This document shows positions 31,634-40,451 of a DNA stretch of 64,000 nucleotides, one piece after another. Position numbers and translations under genes: made by a program. Within the stretch, counting starts at the first letter, position 1; every line of letters begins with the position of its first letter. The stretch comes from a bacterium. Lineage in GTDB: Bacteria > Hinthialibacterota > Hinthialibacteria > Hinthialibacterales > Hinthialibacteraceae. The stretch lies in NCBI GenBank assembly GCA_016125385.1, contig WGLV01000050.1:58454-122453 (forward strand), given 5' to 3'. The notes below the pieces were generated by a model that worked only from the letters and a program-made list of their open reading frames with translations, searched no databases and had not been told where the DNA came from.

Positions 31634-31954
31634 TTACTTCGCTTCTTCGTCGCCCAGAATCACCTCGATGGCCGATGTATGAATCTCGACCTTGGTGTTT
31701 TCGCCGATTTTCACCGCGGCGGTTTCGCCTTTCACGCCGATGATCGTCGCGTACAAACCGCCCTTGGTGATGATGCGGTCGCCTTTTTTGAGCTGGGCCA
31801 CGCTCTGTTTGTGTTTCTCCTGCTGTTTTTGTTGCGGGCGGATCAGCAGAAAATAAAAGATCAGAAAGATCACGCCGAACATGACGAAGGTCTGCATGAT
31901 GCCGGCCATCGGGTCGGGATTTTGAACGGCTCCTTGGGCGAGGACGAAAAACAT
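31634..31954 (-). CDS. yajC: Preprotein translocase subunit YajC
   Basis: IFYFLLIRPQQKQQEKH...LKKGDRIITKGGLY. Confidence 0.95.
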   Translation of the reverse strand: MFFVLAQGAVQNPDPMAGIMQTFVMFGVIFLIFYFLLIRPQQKQQEKHKQSVAQLKKGDRIITKGGLYATIIGVKGETAAVKIGENTKVEIHTSAIEVILGDEEAK

Positions 31955-32164
31955 ATTGCATAACTCCTTATGAGAGAAGATATTACACGTTCGGGGCGCG
32001 ATGCCGCCGCGCCGCGATGATCTTCACAGTATAGGCAATCGAAGCGCGGGAAAGAAGGCGGTTGGGGGATTGACGAACGGGGGCGCTCCGTTAAGATGAT
32101 GACTGAATGAGGGGCTGTCGAGTGCGAGTCAGCGTCTTCATTTTCCTCAAAAGAGCCGATCCGT

Positions 32165-32237
32165 TGGGGCGTAGACGAATGGTAAAGTCACCGGTCTTTG
32201 GAACCGGAGTTTGTAGGTTCGACTCCTACCGCCCCAG
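32165..32237 (+). tRNA. tRNA-Gln (TTG)
   Basis: Acceptor stem TGGGGCG/CGCCCCA; anticodon arm CCGGT-CTTTGGA-ACCGG; T-loop GTTCGAC; CCA not encoded. Confidence 0.95.
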
Positions 32238-32397
32238 TGTTTAATTCCCTCACTTTTCCAACCATTTTCCAATTGCATTGAATGAGCCTATTCGCTGTTT
32301 TAACCGCGGCGATTATCTATTTCACATATTTCGGATATTGCGATTCAATATTGTTCAATTCAGAGATTGAATCTCAGGCGTTTATGGAGCATGAATC

Positions 32398-32616
32398 ATG
32401 GCGCAATCCTTTACCATTAATCTTCCCGCCGATGTTAAACAGGAAATCGATGAACTTTCGCAATTAGACGGCGTCTCTCCCGATGAAATCGTTGGCAGAG
32501 CCGTCAAACAGCATATTTTCCGGCGAAAGTTCCATTCATTACGAGAGAAAATGGCTGCGACAGCGCAAGACCAGGGAACATCGACCGATCAGGATGTGTT
32601 CGACCGCGTCTCATGA
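32398..32616 (+). CDS. Ribbon-helix-helix (CopG-like) antitoxin
   Basis: FTINLPADVKQEIDELSQLDGVSPDEIVGRAVK...TDQDVFDRVS; ATGA overlap with the downstream PIN gene. Confidence 0.8.
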   Translation: MAQSFTINLPADVKQEIDELSQLDGVSPDEIVGRAVKQHIFRRKFHSLREKMAATAQDQGTSTDQDVFDRVS

Positions 32617-33027
32617 GGATTGTTCTTGTTACAAATGTTTTCTTCGCCGCCCTGGTTGCTGACGGCGTATGTTCCGAATTACTTTAGCACTGCGCATTTT
32701 CTCACAAAATTATCTCATCCAATTTCATTTTCAACGAATTACATAGAGTCCTGGTTCAAGAATTCAAATGTGAAGAACATGTCGTCAACGAGTCCGTCGT
32801 TCTACTCAAATCGCAAACAGAGATCATAATTCCCCAATCCCTGAAACATCCAACATACAGGGATACAGACAACGATCAAAATCTCGGCACAGCGCTGGCG
32901 GGGCATGCGGATTGCATTGTCACCGGCGACAAGGATTTGTTAATTCTCTAGAAATTTTAAAGGTATTCCCATATTGCTACCGAGTGATTTTTCTGATTTT
33001 GAAATTCAAATGGAGTATACATCGTGA
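32613..33027 (+). pseudogene. PIN-domain toxin pseudogene
   Basis: MRIVLVTNV (first catalytic Asp lost); in-frame TAG at codon 25; continues RDTDND...ADCIVTGDKDLL; then stop/frameshift before FKGIPILLPSDF. Confidence 0.85.
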
Positions 33028-33208
33028 TCAAGCAGTGCTGTAACCATTCCCAAAATTACTCCGTAATTCAATATCAGATTACAGAACTTATCAGCTTCGC
33101 ATCGCTATTTTTCCTTGACTCCACGCCGCAAATTCCATAGGGTGAGTGACGGTCATTCCGCGTTTCGGCGCGCGGAGACCGCAAATTCATTGGAAAGCGG
33201 GTTATATC

Positions 33209-34264
33209 ATGCGGATTCATCTCGCGCTGATCCTGTCTGGCCTGATGCTGATCTCCTTACACGCCCAATGCACGTGTTTCTCGTTCGATACGCCTGAGGG
33301 GCCGGTATTCGGCGCGAACCTCGAACTTTTCATACCCGGCGACGGGCTGGTTTACGTCAATCCACGCGGGATCGAGAAAGAAGGCTTCCAGGCCAGTTCG
33401 AACGGCGCGACGGCGAAGTGGGTTTCAAAATACGGCAGCGTCACCTTCAACCTGGCGGGCCGTGAATTCGCCGCCGGCGGTATGAATGAGGCGGGGCTGG
33501 TGGTCGGCGCGCTGGAACTGAAAGCCACGGAGCTGCCCGAGCCCGACGACCGGCCGCCGCTGCCGATCGGGACCTGGGTTCAATACGTGCTGGATACATG
33601 CGATTCTGTGGATGACGTGATTAAGACGGATTCCAAAGTGCGCATTGAAGACCAGGCTTCGCCCAGCCATTTTCTGATTGTGGACGCGGAGGGCGACGGC
33701 GCCGTGATCGAATTTATGGATGGGAAGCTCGTGTACTACACCGGCCCCGATATGCCGGTCAAGGCGCTGACCTACATGCGCTACGAGCGCGCTCTCGCCT
33801 CGCTGAGAATGGGCGGTCCGCGCTGGTGGTGGTCGAACCCCGGTGAGTCGGCGCAACAATTCGCTAAAGCGGAGGCGCGCAACAAGGAATACAATCCTGA
33901 GACCGACGGCAGCGCGGTGCGATACGCGTTCACGACGTTATCTTACATCGTCGGCTTCCCCATCACCAAATGGAACATCGTCTATGACATCAACAAACGC
34001 GAGGTCTGGTACCGCACGGCGGACAGCACGGCGACCAAGCATATTACGATGAGCAAACTCGATCTCTCGTGCGAATCGTCATATCGAATGCTTGACGTGA
34101 ACGAGAAGATCGATGGCGACGTGGAGGAAGAGTTCATCCCCTACGATTCCAGCCTTAATCTGCGGTTTTTCAAAACTTTTTGTGAACGCAGCGGCATCGA
34201 CATCTCCGAAGAAGACGCCATCGGAGTCACGCGTCATATCGATCGATTCAAGTGCGCTGAATAA
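33209..34264 (+). CDS. Linear amide C-N hydrolase (choloylglycine hydrolase/penicillin V acylase-like Ntn family), secreted
   Basis: Signal peptide then C-T-C-F; WVSKYGSVTFN; GGMNEAGL; WVQYVLD. Confidence 0.85.
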   Translation: MRIHLALILSGLMLISLHAQCTCFSFDTPEGPVFGANLELFIPGDGLVYVNPRGIEKEGFQASSNGATAKWVSKYGSVTFNLAGREFAAGGMNEAGLVVGALELKATELPEPDDRPPLPIGTWVQYVLDTCDSVDDVIKTDSKVRIEDQASPSHFLIVDAEGDGAVIEFMDGKLVYYTGPDMPVKALTYMRYERALASLRMGGPRWWWSNPGESAQQFAKAEARNKEYNPETDGSAVRYAFTTLSYIVGFPITKWNIVYDINKREVWYRTADSTATKHITMSKLDLSCESSYRMLDVNEKIDGDVEEEFIPYDSSLNLRFFKTFCERSGIDISEEDAIGVTRHIDRFKCAE

Positions 34265-34265
34265 A

Positions 34266-35192
34266 TCAGAAGAACTCGGGCAACAGATCGCGGGCGTGAG
34301 GGCGGATGCGATCCGCTTCATCACGCGGAATCGAGCGGTAAGGCCAGCGTAGCGCGGGGCTGATATCACACCATCCGCCGATCATCGCCAAAAGACGATC
34401 CGCCGCCTGATGTGAATACCCCCGATCCACGATCCACGGTTCGATGTACATCCGCATGAATGCCTGGATGCGGCTCTCAAGTTCCAGCGCCGATTCCATA
34501 TCGGTTCGCATCCCATCCGTCCAGCGTTGCGCCGCCGAAGGATTCAGACACGCGACGTTTGAATACGCGCCGTGCGCGCCGCGGCGCATCCCGCTGGCGA
34601 GGTGATGCCCCGGCACGAAGACCGACAGCCCTCGTGCGCATTCTCTCACCCGCCGATACCAGTCATCGCCGCCGCCCCCCACCTTCACTCCGATGAACGA
34701 AGGAACCTGCTCATGAATCGAGCGCCAGTCTTCCGGCTGCAATACGCGTTTGGCGAACGAAGGGTTATACAACACCAGCCCTACTGGATGCGCGGCCTCA
34801 GCCATGCGTTGAAAAAAATCGAGCGTTTCATCATCGTTCAATGGAAACCAGTCAGGCAAAACGATTTGTACCGCGCCGGGCTGAAGCGGGGCGATCCGCC
34901 TGAGTCGCTGAAGAGACGCCCACGGGCTGGGGTGGCTCACGCCGAGTTGAAACGCTTTGCCCGCCCGATTACAGTAATCCGCAATGATGAGGCTGATCTC
35001 GTCAAATTCGTCTTCAGTCTGATTGTAAAACTCGCTGCTTGTCCCGTTGGTATAGATTCCATCCACGCCGGATTCCAGCAAAATTGCAATCTGATCGCGC
35101 AACCGGCTATAATCGATCCGGTTGTCATTCAGCCACGGGATCAATACCGGCGCCCAGTTTCCTTTCAGCTCGTTCCAGACGAGAGGTTTCAT
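34266..35192 (-). CDS. Dihydrodipicolinate synthase/class I aldolase family protein
   Basis: GVDGIYTNGTSSEF, LVLYNP, IGVKV Schiff-base Lys. Confidence 0.88.
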   Translation of the reverse strand: MKPLVWNELKGNWAPVLIPWLNDNRIDYSRLRDQIAILLESGVDGIYTNGTSSEFYNQTEDEFDEISLIIADYCNRAGKAFQLGVSHPSPWASLQRLRRIAPLQPGAVQIVLPDWFPLNDDETLDFFQRMAEAAHPVGLVLYNPSFAKRVLQPEDWRSIHEQVPSFIGVKVGGGGDDWYRRVRECARGLSVFVPGHHLASGMRRGAHGAYSNVACLNPSAAQRWTDGMRTDMESALELESRIQAFMRMYIEPWIVDRGYSHQAADRLLAMIGGWCDISPALRWPYRSIPRDEADRIRPHARDLLPEFF

Positions 35193-35224
35193 GTCCGCGC
35201 CTTTCCGTTGTGGATTTTCAATCG

Positions 35225-36037
35225 ATGAAAACGATTCATTTTTATCTGCACAGTTACGGCGAACACGATGAAAACAACAAAATCGGCCCGGTAACCTGGC
35301 CGCATTTCGATCTCTTGTTCGTGCATGAAGGCGAGATCTTTCTCCATCTGCTGGAGGGCGATCACATTCGCCTGGGCGAGCGTCAGGGCGTGTTGATTTA
35401 CCCGCTGACCCCTTTTCAGGGATACGCGCTCACTGAAATCGCCAGGACATCGGTTCAGCATTTCGACATCAACAAAGACGCTCATTACAAACCTCAGGTC
35501 GTTCAATCCCTGCTGGGCAAAAGCCGCGGATACGAGATTTTTCAAGGCGAGTATTCGCCGAACCTGTTCCACAACATCGACCTGACCATCCGGTGGGCCA
35601 CTTACGAAGACGATCCATTTTTATACGACCTGCGCGTGGCGGCGATGGTGCTGGTTCTCGGCGAATTAAAATCGAAAAAATTCCAGAAACGCAAGATGAA
35701 CCATCATGAAGAGGCCATCGCCGATCTGGTGGATCGGTTGCGCGTCAACTGGCGGGCACACGGCATGAGCGTGGATGACATGGCCCGTGAAGTGGAGCTT
35801 TCAACCAGTCATTTCCGGGCGTTGTTCCGCAACTTCGTCGGTGCGTCGCCCGGCCAGTTTTTATTCAACCTGCGCATGCTCGAAGCCAAACGCTACCTGC
35901 GCGAGACTCTCACGCCCATCAAGGAAATCAGCGAAAAATTAGGTTATAAAAACCTGTCTCATTTTTACCGCGCGTTTAAATCGCATGAAAGCATCTCTCC
36001 CAGAGAATACCGCGATAAGAACATCATCCGCGGTTGA
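35225..36037 (+). CDS. AraC-family transcriptional regulator
   Basis: C-terminal double HTH: SVDDMA...LSTSHFRALF...IKEISEKLGYKNLSHFYRAFK...SPREYR. Confidence 0.92.
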   Translation: MKTIHFYLHSYGEHDENNKIGPVTWPHFDLLFVHEGEIFLHLLEGDHIRLGERQGVLIYPLTPFQGYALTEIARTSVQHFDINKDAHYKPQVVQSLLGKSRGYEIFQGEYSPNLFHNIDLTIRWATYEDDPFLYDLRVAAMVLVLGELKSKKFQKRKMNHHEEAIADLVDRLRVNWRAHGMSVDDMAREVELSTSHFRALFRNFVGASPGQFLFNLRMLEAKRYLRETLTPIKEISEKLGYKNLSHFYRAFKSHESISPREYRDKNIIRG

Positions 36038-37232
36038 GATCGACGCCGGTTTCGACCTCGCTCGCGGGCGCGAGCCATTGCAGGGTGAAGATCGCCAGAG
36101 TGATTCGACTGTATCCATCCCGTTCATACAGACAAGCGATGCGCCCGTCCGGCAACGCCGCGAGGCAGGAATACGCGGAAGATCCGTCGTACAGTTCGCG
36201 CTCGATCAGCCAGGTTTCACCCTCGTCATAACTCATTCTGACTGTCATGTGGACTCGGTTGGATGAACTGGCGGGGTTAGAGAACAGCACGCGGCTTTTT
36301 CCATTTTCCGGCCAGGAATAGCGCAATATCGAAGCCTGGCAGATCGGTTCAACCAGCCGCTCATCGAACGAGAGGCCGCCCCAAGTTTCACCGCCGTCAC
36401 GGCTGATTGAAACGGCTCGTTTTCCGCCTTTGGATTCATCCCCTCCTTCTGAACCCCAATAGTTCCGCATGTTCATCATCAGGTTTCCATCCGCCTGTTC
36501 GACAACCTGGCATTCATCCGTGTATTTGCCGACCGTGCCGCCCAGCGTCCAGTTTTCGCCGCCATCATCACTGTAAAATGCGTGAGACATCTTGATCCAT
36601 TTTCCATCCACTTGTTCACGATGGTCGCACGGAATAACCAGCCTGCCTTTGTGAGGCTCACGCTGTTTCTGAATTCCAACGCCCGGTCCAGTGGCGTACC
36701 AGCCCCAGCCCTCTTTTTTGACGCTCGCGGTGATCAGGCGAGGTTCGCTCCAGGTGAGACCATCGTCATCGCTGAACGTCACGAGCACATCGTCATTGTT
36801 TCGGCAGAATGTCAGCCAGATTCGTCCTGTGGCGCCGTCCACCACGGGGCACGGGTTGCCGATGGTGATCTTATCCGTACCGCCTTCTTCATAAACAACG
36901 TTCTGCTCGGACCACGTTTTTCCTGCATCGATGCTGCGTTTGACGACCAGATCAATATCGCCATGATCGCCGCCTCCGGTTTTGCGGCCCTCACAAAATG
37001 CAAGCAGGCTCCCTTTTTTCGTCACCAGAAGGGCGGGGATACGATAGGTGTGATATCCATCCGTTCCTCCGGTGAATACATCCTGCTGAAAGAGTTGAGC
37101 GGCTTGAGCGATGAGCGCGTTATGATTCCCATCCGGTTGATTCGCGATTTGCGGGTCGCCTGCATGGGTGCACGGTACGATCAGCAACGCAGTGAATACA
37201 ATCTGAAAAAAGAAGAAGGTTATTCTTTTCAT
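36024..37232 (-). CDS. Exo-alpha-sialidase (GH33)
   Basis: YRIP motif, CEGRK, several Asp boxes (SIDAGKTW, SDDDGLTW, SDDGGENW, SRDGGETW, SYDEGETW), DECQ, AYS; signal peptide. Confidence 0.92.
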   Translation of the reverse strand: MKRITFFFFQIVFTALLIVPCTHAGDPQIANQPDGNHNALIAQAAQLFQQDVFTGGTDGYHTYRIPALLVTKKGSLLAFCEGRKTGGGDHGDIDLVVKRSIDAGKTWSEQNVVYEEGGTDKITIGNPCPVVDGATGRIWLTFCRNNDDVLVTFSDDDGLTWSEPRLITASVKKEGWGWYATGPGVGIQKQREPHKGRLVIPCDHREQVDGKWIKMSHAFYSDDGGENWTLGGTVGKYTDECQVVEQADGNLMMNMRNYWGSEGGDESKGGKRAVSISRDGGETWGGLSFDERLVEPICQASILRYSWPENGKSRVLFSNPASSSNRVHMTVRMSYDEGETWLIERELYDGSSAYSCLAALPDGRIACLYERDGYSRITLAIFTLQWLAPASEVETGVDLNRG

Positions 37233-37646
37233 GATTTCTCCCCAGAATGGATTTAATGGAACAAACCGGAATCCATTGTAGAGAATATTAGAAATTCTCC
37301 AAGAAAAAATTAGCGTACGCATCACCGTTTCAAGATTTTTTTCAATCGTTTATGGTAATACGAGAAAAAGCAAATTATTTCAAAAACATGAATATTTCTT
37401 ATATTTAATCAACATATAAGCCCTGTATCCGAACTGAAATCTTTCCTTTCAATCTAGTCATAAATGGCAAATAAACAATCATTACCGGTAAAGACACGTT
37501 GAAGTTTTTCTCTTATGATTCTTTCAGATTGACAACCTCATTCTCTGAACGGTTAAGCGACCCGCAGTCCCCACCCAGCCAGTTCAACTCGATTGCATCA
37601 ACGGTTCGCTTTCAATTTCATTTCATTTTTATCTGGAGGAAATCAA

Positions 37647-39692
37647 ATGAACCGATTGCCGTCTTATCTCTTTGCACTATCGTGCACGTTTTTCATCTCA
37701 GGCCTCACATTCGCACAGGAGCAGCCAATTCCGATCGTTCAGGATGGTTCGCTGGTGGAAGCATACGCGGAAGTCGTTGGCGACGCATGGACACAGGCCG
37801 ATGGTTATCTGCAACAACAGGGGACCCATCAATATCTCTGGGCCAAGCCCGTCATTGGACCGGGCGACTTTCACGTAACCGCCGTATTGAAGCTCCAGGA
37901 GCGATTCAATGATGAAGGACGCGGCTCGGCGGCGTCTTTCGCCATCAATGACATGCTTCAATCGGATGGAGCGAATGGAAGCAATTTCGGATTCGTCGGG
38001 GGTAGCGGAGAGCTCTTCACCGAAGGTAATTTCGTGGCGAGTTTTACCGACTTGGGCGATACGCCCATCATGGAAGATCAGGATTTCACGCTCGATTTCA
38101 TCCGTGAAGGCGATACTTACCGCTTTCTGCTCGATGGTAATGAAGTGCTGTCGCTGCCCGCGCCTGAAGAAGCGGGCGATCCCGTATTCCGCAGCGGATA
38201 CTATCGCGTCGGACTGCGACCGTGGCGCAGCCACATGTTTATTAAATCATTTACGATCGTATCGGGTGCGGCGAGTTTCGACCCGATTGAAGACAAAATC
38301 GAAATCGTCGCCAATGGCGTCGAGAAAAACGCGGTCGAAGTGGGTGAACCTTGGATCGACGACGATGGTTTTATCGAAAATTTCGAAACAGGTAATTTTA
38401 TCTTCAGCGACAGACCCATATTCGGTTCCAATTATCATGTGGTGGCCCGCCTGCAGATGGAGGATTTTGATGGCAGCGCCGCGGCCTTTACCATTAACGG
38501 CGACAGCAACGTTGGCTTTTCAGGCGGAAGCGGAACCATGTTTCTGGAAGGTCCATTCTTTTCGAACGCCCCTTCTCTCAGCATCGCTCCCCCCATTGAA
38601 GCCAACACGTATTTTGATTTTGAGATGATCAGCCAGGATCAGAAATTGCGGTTTCTGATCGACGGACAGGAAATTCTAGCGATGGATCAGCCCGGCGATT
38701 TCGTCGGTTTCGTTGGATTCCGGCCCTGGCGGAGCGTGATGCGCATCGCTGATTTTTACGTGGAGCCGTTACAGGAAACCGTCGTGGTTCCACCGGAGGT
38801 CGTCCGCTCTATGGCCGAAGGACGAGCCGCCGTCTTTATGCCCGGCGAAACAATAGCTGGAGTCCGGTTAACCGCCACGGTCGCGGAAGGCCAGACCAGT
38901 AATGCGGTAATTACAGACGTCCTGCCCGAAGGTTGGAGTGCGCAAAACCTGCAAGCGGATAATGGAAGCGCTTCATACGCCAATGGCCGGATCACATGGA
39001 GCCTGGATAACGCACAGAGCAGCGTACGACTGACCTACGATCTATCCGCTCCGAGCGATCCGGCCAGCACCAAAGCGGAGTTCAGCGGATCGGTCGATAC
39101 GACCGGCGTGGATGGCTTGATTACCGGTCTTGATGAACTCGTGCAGGCGGTTGGCCCCAATCAGGAAGTCTACATCGTGCGGGATGGAAGATTGACCGAA
39201 TACGCTGAAACGCTTGGCGAGCCCTGGCTCGAAGTAGCGGGAGCGATGGAACGGACCGGGACGAATAACTTTTTGTTGAGCTCCGTCGCGGTCGCCGACG
39301 TCGATTATGAAATCGATGCAGAGCTGACTCTGTTCGGAGTCGGCGGAACCGCATCCTCCATCAATATCCGGACGGTTCCGGGCGGCGCACAAAGCAATTT
39401 TGGTTTTGAAGGCGGCGGTGGAACCTTTTTCGTGGAAGGCCCCTTCTTCGATCCTCGGCCCAGCTTCGACTACACCACCATCGCGGAAGCGGTTCCCTTC
39501 ACTTTCGCCATGCAGCGCACAGGAACCAGCGTCGATTTTCTCATGGACGATCAGGTGATCCACACCGAAGAAGAAAATCACGGTGAAGCGTTCACCATCG
39601 GGCTTCGTCCTTGGCGCAGCCGGATGCAGGTCAGAGAATTCGTGATCCGCACATTCGCTGCCACAGCGGTTCCGGAATGGCCGCTCTATTAA
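37647..39692 (+). CDS. Secreted protein with three ConA-like repeats and an Ig-like spacer; C-terminus VPEWPLY
   Basis: Signal peptide; three repeats each with G(D/E)xW, SNxGFxGG, FxEG and GxRPWRSxM; GGAGG RBS. Confidence 0.85.
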   Translation: MNRLPSYLFALSCTFFISGLTFAQEQPIPIVQDGSLVEAYAEVVGDAWTQADGYLQQQGTHQYLWAKPVIGPGDFHVTAVLKLQERFNDEGRGSAASFAINDMLQSDGANGSNFGFVGGSGELFTEGNFVASFTDLGDTPIMEDQDFTLDFIREGDTYRFLLDGNEVLSLPAPEEAGDPVFRSGYYRVGLRPWRSHMFIKSFTIVSGAASFDPIEDKIEIVANGVEKNAVEVGEPWIDDDGFIENFETGNFIFSDRPIFGSNYHVVARLQMEDFDGSAAAFTINGDSNVGFSGGSGTMFLEGPFFSNAPSLSIAPPIEANTYFDFEMISQDQKLRFLIDGQEILAMDQPGDFVGFVGFRPWRSVMRIADFYVEPLQETVVVPPEVVRSMAEGRAAVFMPGETIAGVRLTATVAEGQTSNAVITDVLPEGWSAQNLQADNGSASYANGRITWSLDNAQSSVRLTYDLSAPSDPASTKAEFSGSVDTTGVDGLITGLDELVQAVGPNQEVYIVRDGRLTEYAETLGEPWLEVAGAMERTGTNNFLLSSVAVADVDYEIDAELTLFGVGGTASSINIRTVPGGAQSNFGFEGGGGTFFVEGPFFDPRPSFDYTTIAEAVPFTFAMQRTGTSVDFLMDDQVIHTEEENHGEAFTIGLRPWRSRMQVREFVIRTFAATAVPEWPLY

Positions 39693-39781
39693 CCGGAAAG
39701 ACCGTGTGAGTTACAATCGCGGGACGTTTTTCATTCACCGAAAGACGTCCCGCCCTTCACCCATTAGCACTGAGGGGACCC

Positions 39782-40375
39782 ATGGACCGGAAGAACGCAT
39801 TTACGTTAATCGAACTATTAATCGTCGTGGCGATCATCGGCATCCTCGCCGCGATCGCCGTCCCCAACTTTTTAAACGCGCAGATCAAGGCGAAAGTCGC
39901 CCGGGTGCAGGCTGACTTTCAGGCCTTCAGCGTGGCGCTTGAAACCTACAGCCTGGATAACGGCAAGTACCCCGTCGTCAACAACTGCGGCGCCGTGGAT
40001 GACCCGATGCTGTTCAGCGGACTGATGGCGTTGCGCCCACTGACCACGCCGGTTTCGTACATGAGCACGTTGTACAAAGACCCGTTCAACGAAGACGGCG
40101 AAGCGCTTACGCCGGGCGGCAGTCAACTGAACCCGCTCGGGTATTACTGGTACATGGATCGGTACGGCCGCTCGTATGGTGGATGCGGCGCCACGGCGGG
40201 TTCGCGTTTCTTTCAGAACAAAAACCAGCAGTGGTCGATGAAAAGCGTCGGGCCTGACAAACAGGAAAACGTCAACGGTTTTCTGGGCAGCAACGAACAG
40301 GGTTACGTCACCATTCTCTATGACATGACCAACGGCCTGAACAGCCTGGGCGACGTCTATCGCTTCGGCCCCTGA
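39782..40375 (+). CDS. Prepilin-type N-terminal cleavage/methylation domain protein (paralogue 2)
   Basis: NA/FTLIELLIVVAIIGILAAIAVPNFLNAQIKAK. Confidence 0.93.
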   Translation: MDRKNAFTLIELLIVVAIIGILAAIAVPNFLNAQIKAKVARVQADFQAFSVALETYSLDNGKYPVVNNCGAVDDPMLFSGLMALRPLTTPVSYMSTLYKDPFNEDGEALTPGGSQLNPLGYYWYMDRYGRSYGGCGATAGSRFFQNKNQQWSMKSVGPDKQENVNGFLGSNEQGYVTILYDMTNGLNSLGDVYRFGP

Positions 40376-40451
40376 TATCATGTTTCCGGTGTTTCCGGAG
40401 ATTCATTGTTGGGGATGGTCGTTTTCAATTCTATTGTGAGAGTAAAACTCA

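Noticed and set aside
32613-33027. In-frame TAG as recoding (pyrrolysine or alternative genetic code)
   Set aside because: The gene also has a frameshift and a lost catalytic Asp, and other genes here use TAG as a normal stop.
32165-33120. Intact integrative element at tRNA-Gln or tRNA-Arg
   Set aside because: No integrase and no duplicated tRNA 3' end noticed in the window.
37482-37491. TTACCGGTAA palindrome in the nan intergenic region as a LacI-type operator
   Set aside because: Single 10-bp palindrome with no second copy or cognate regulator seen; could be chance.
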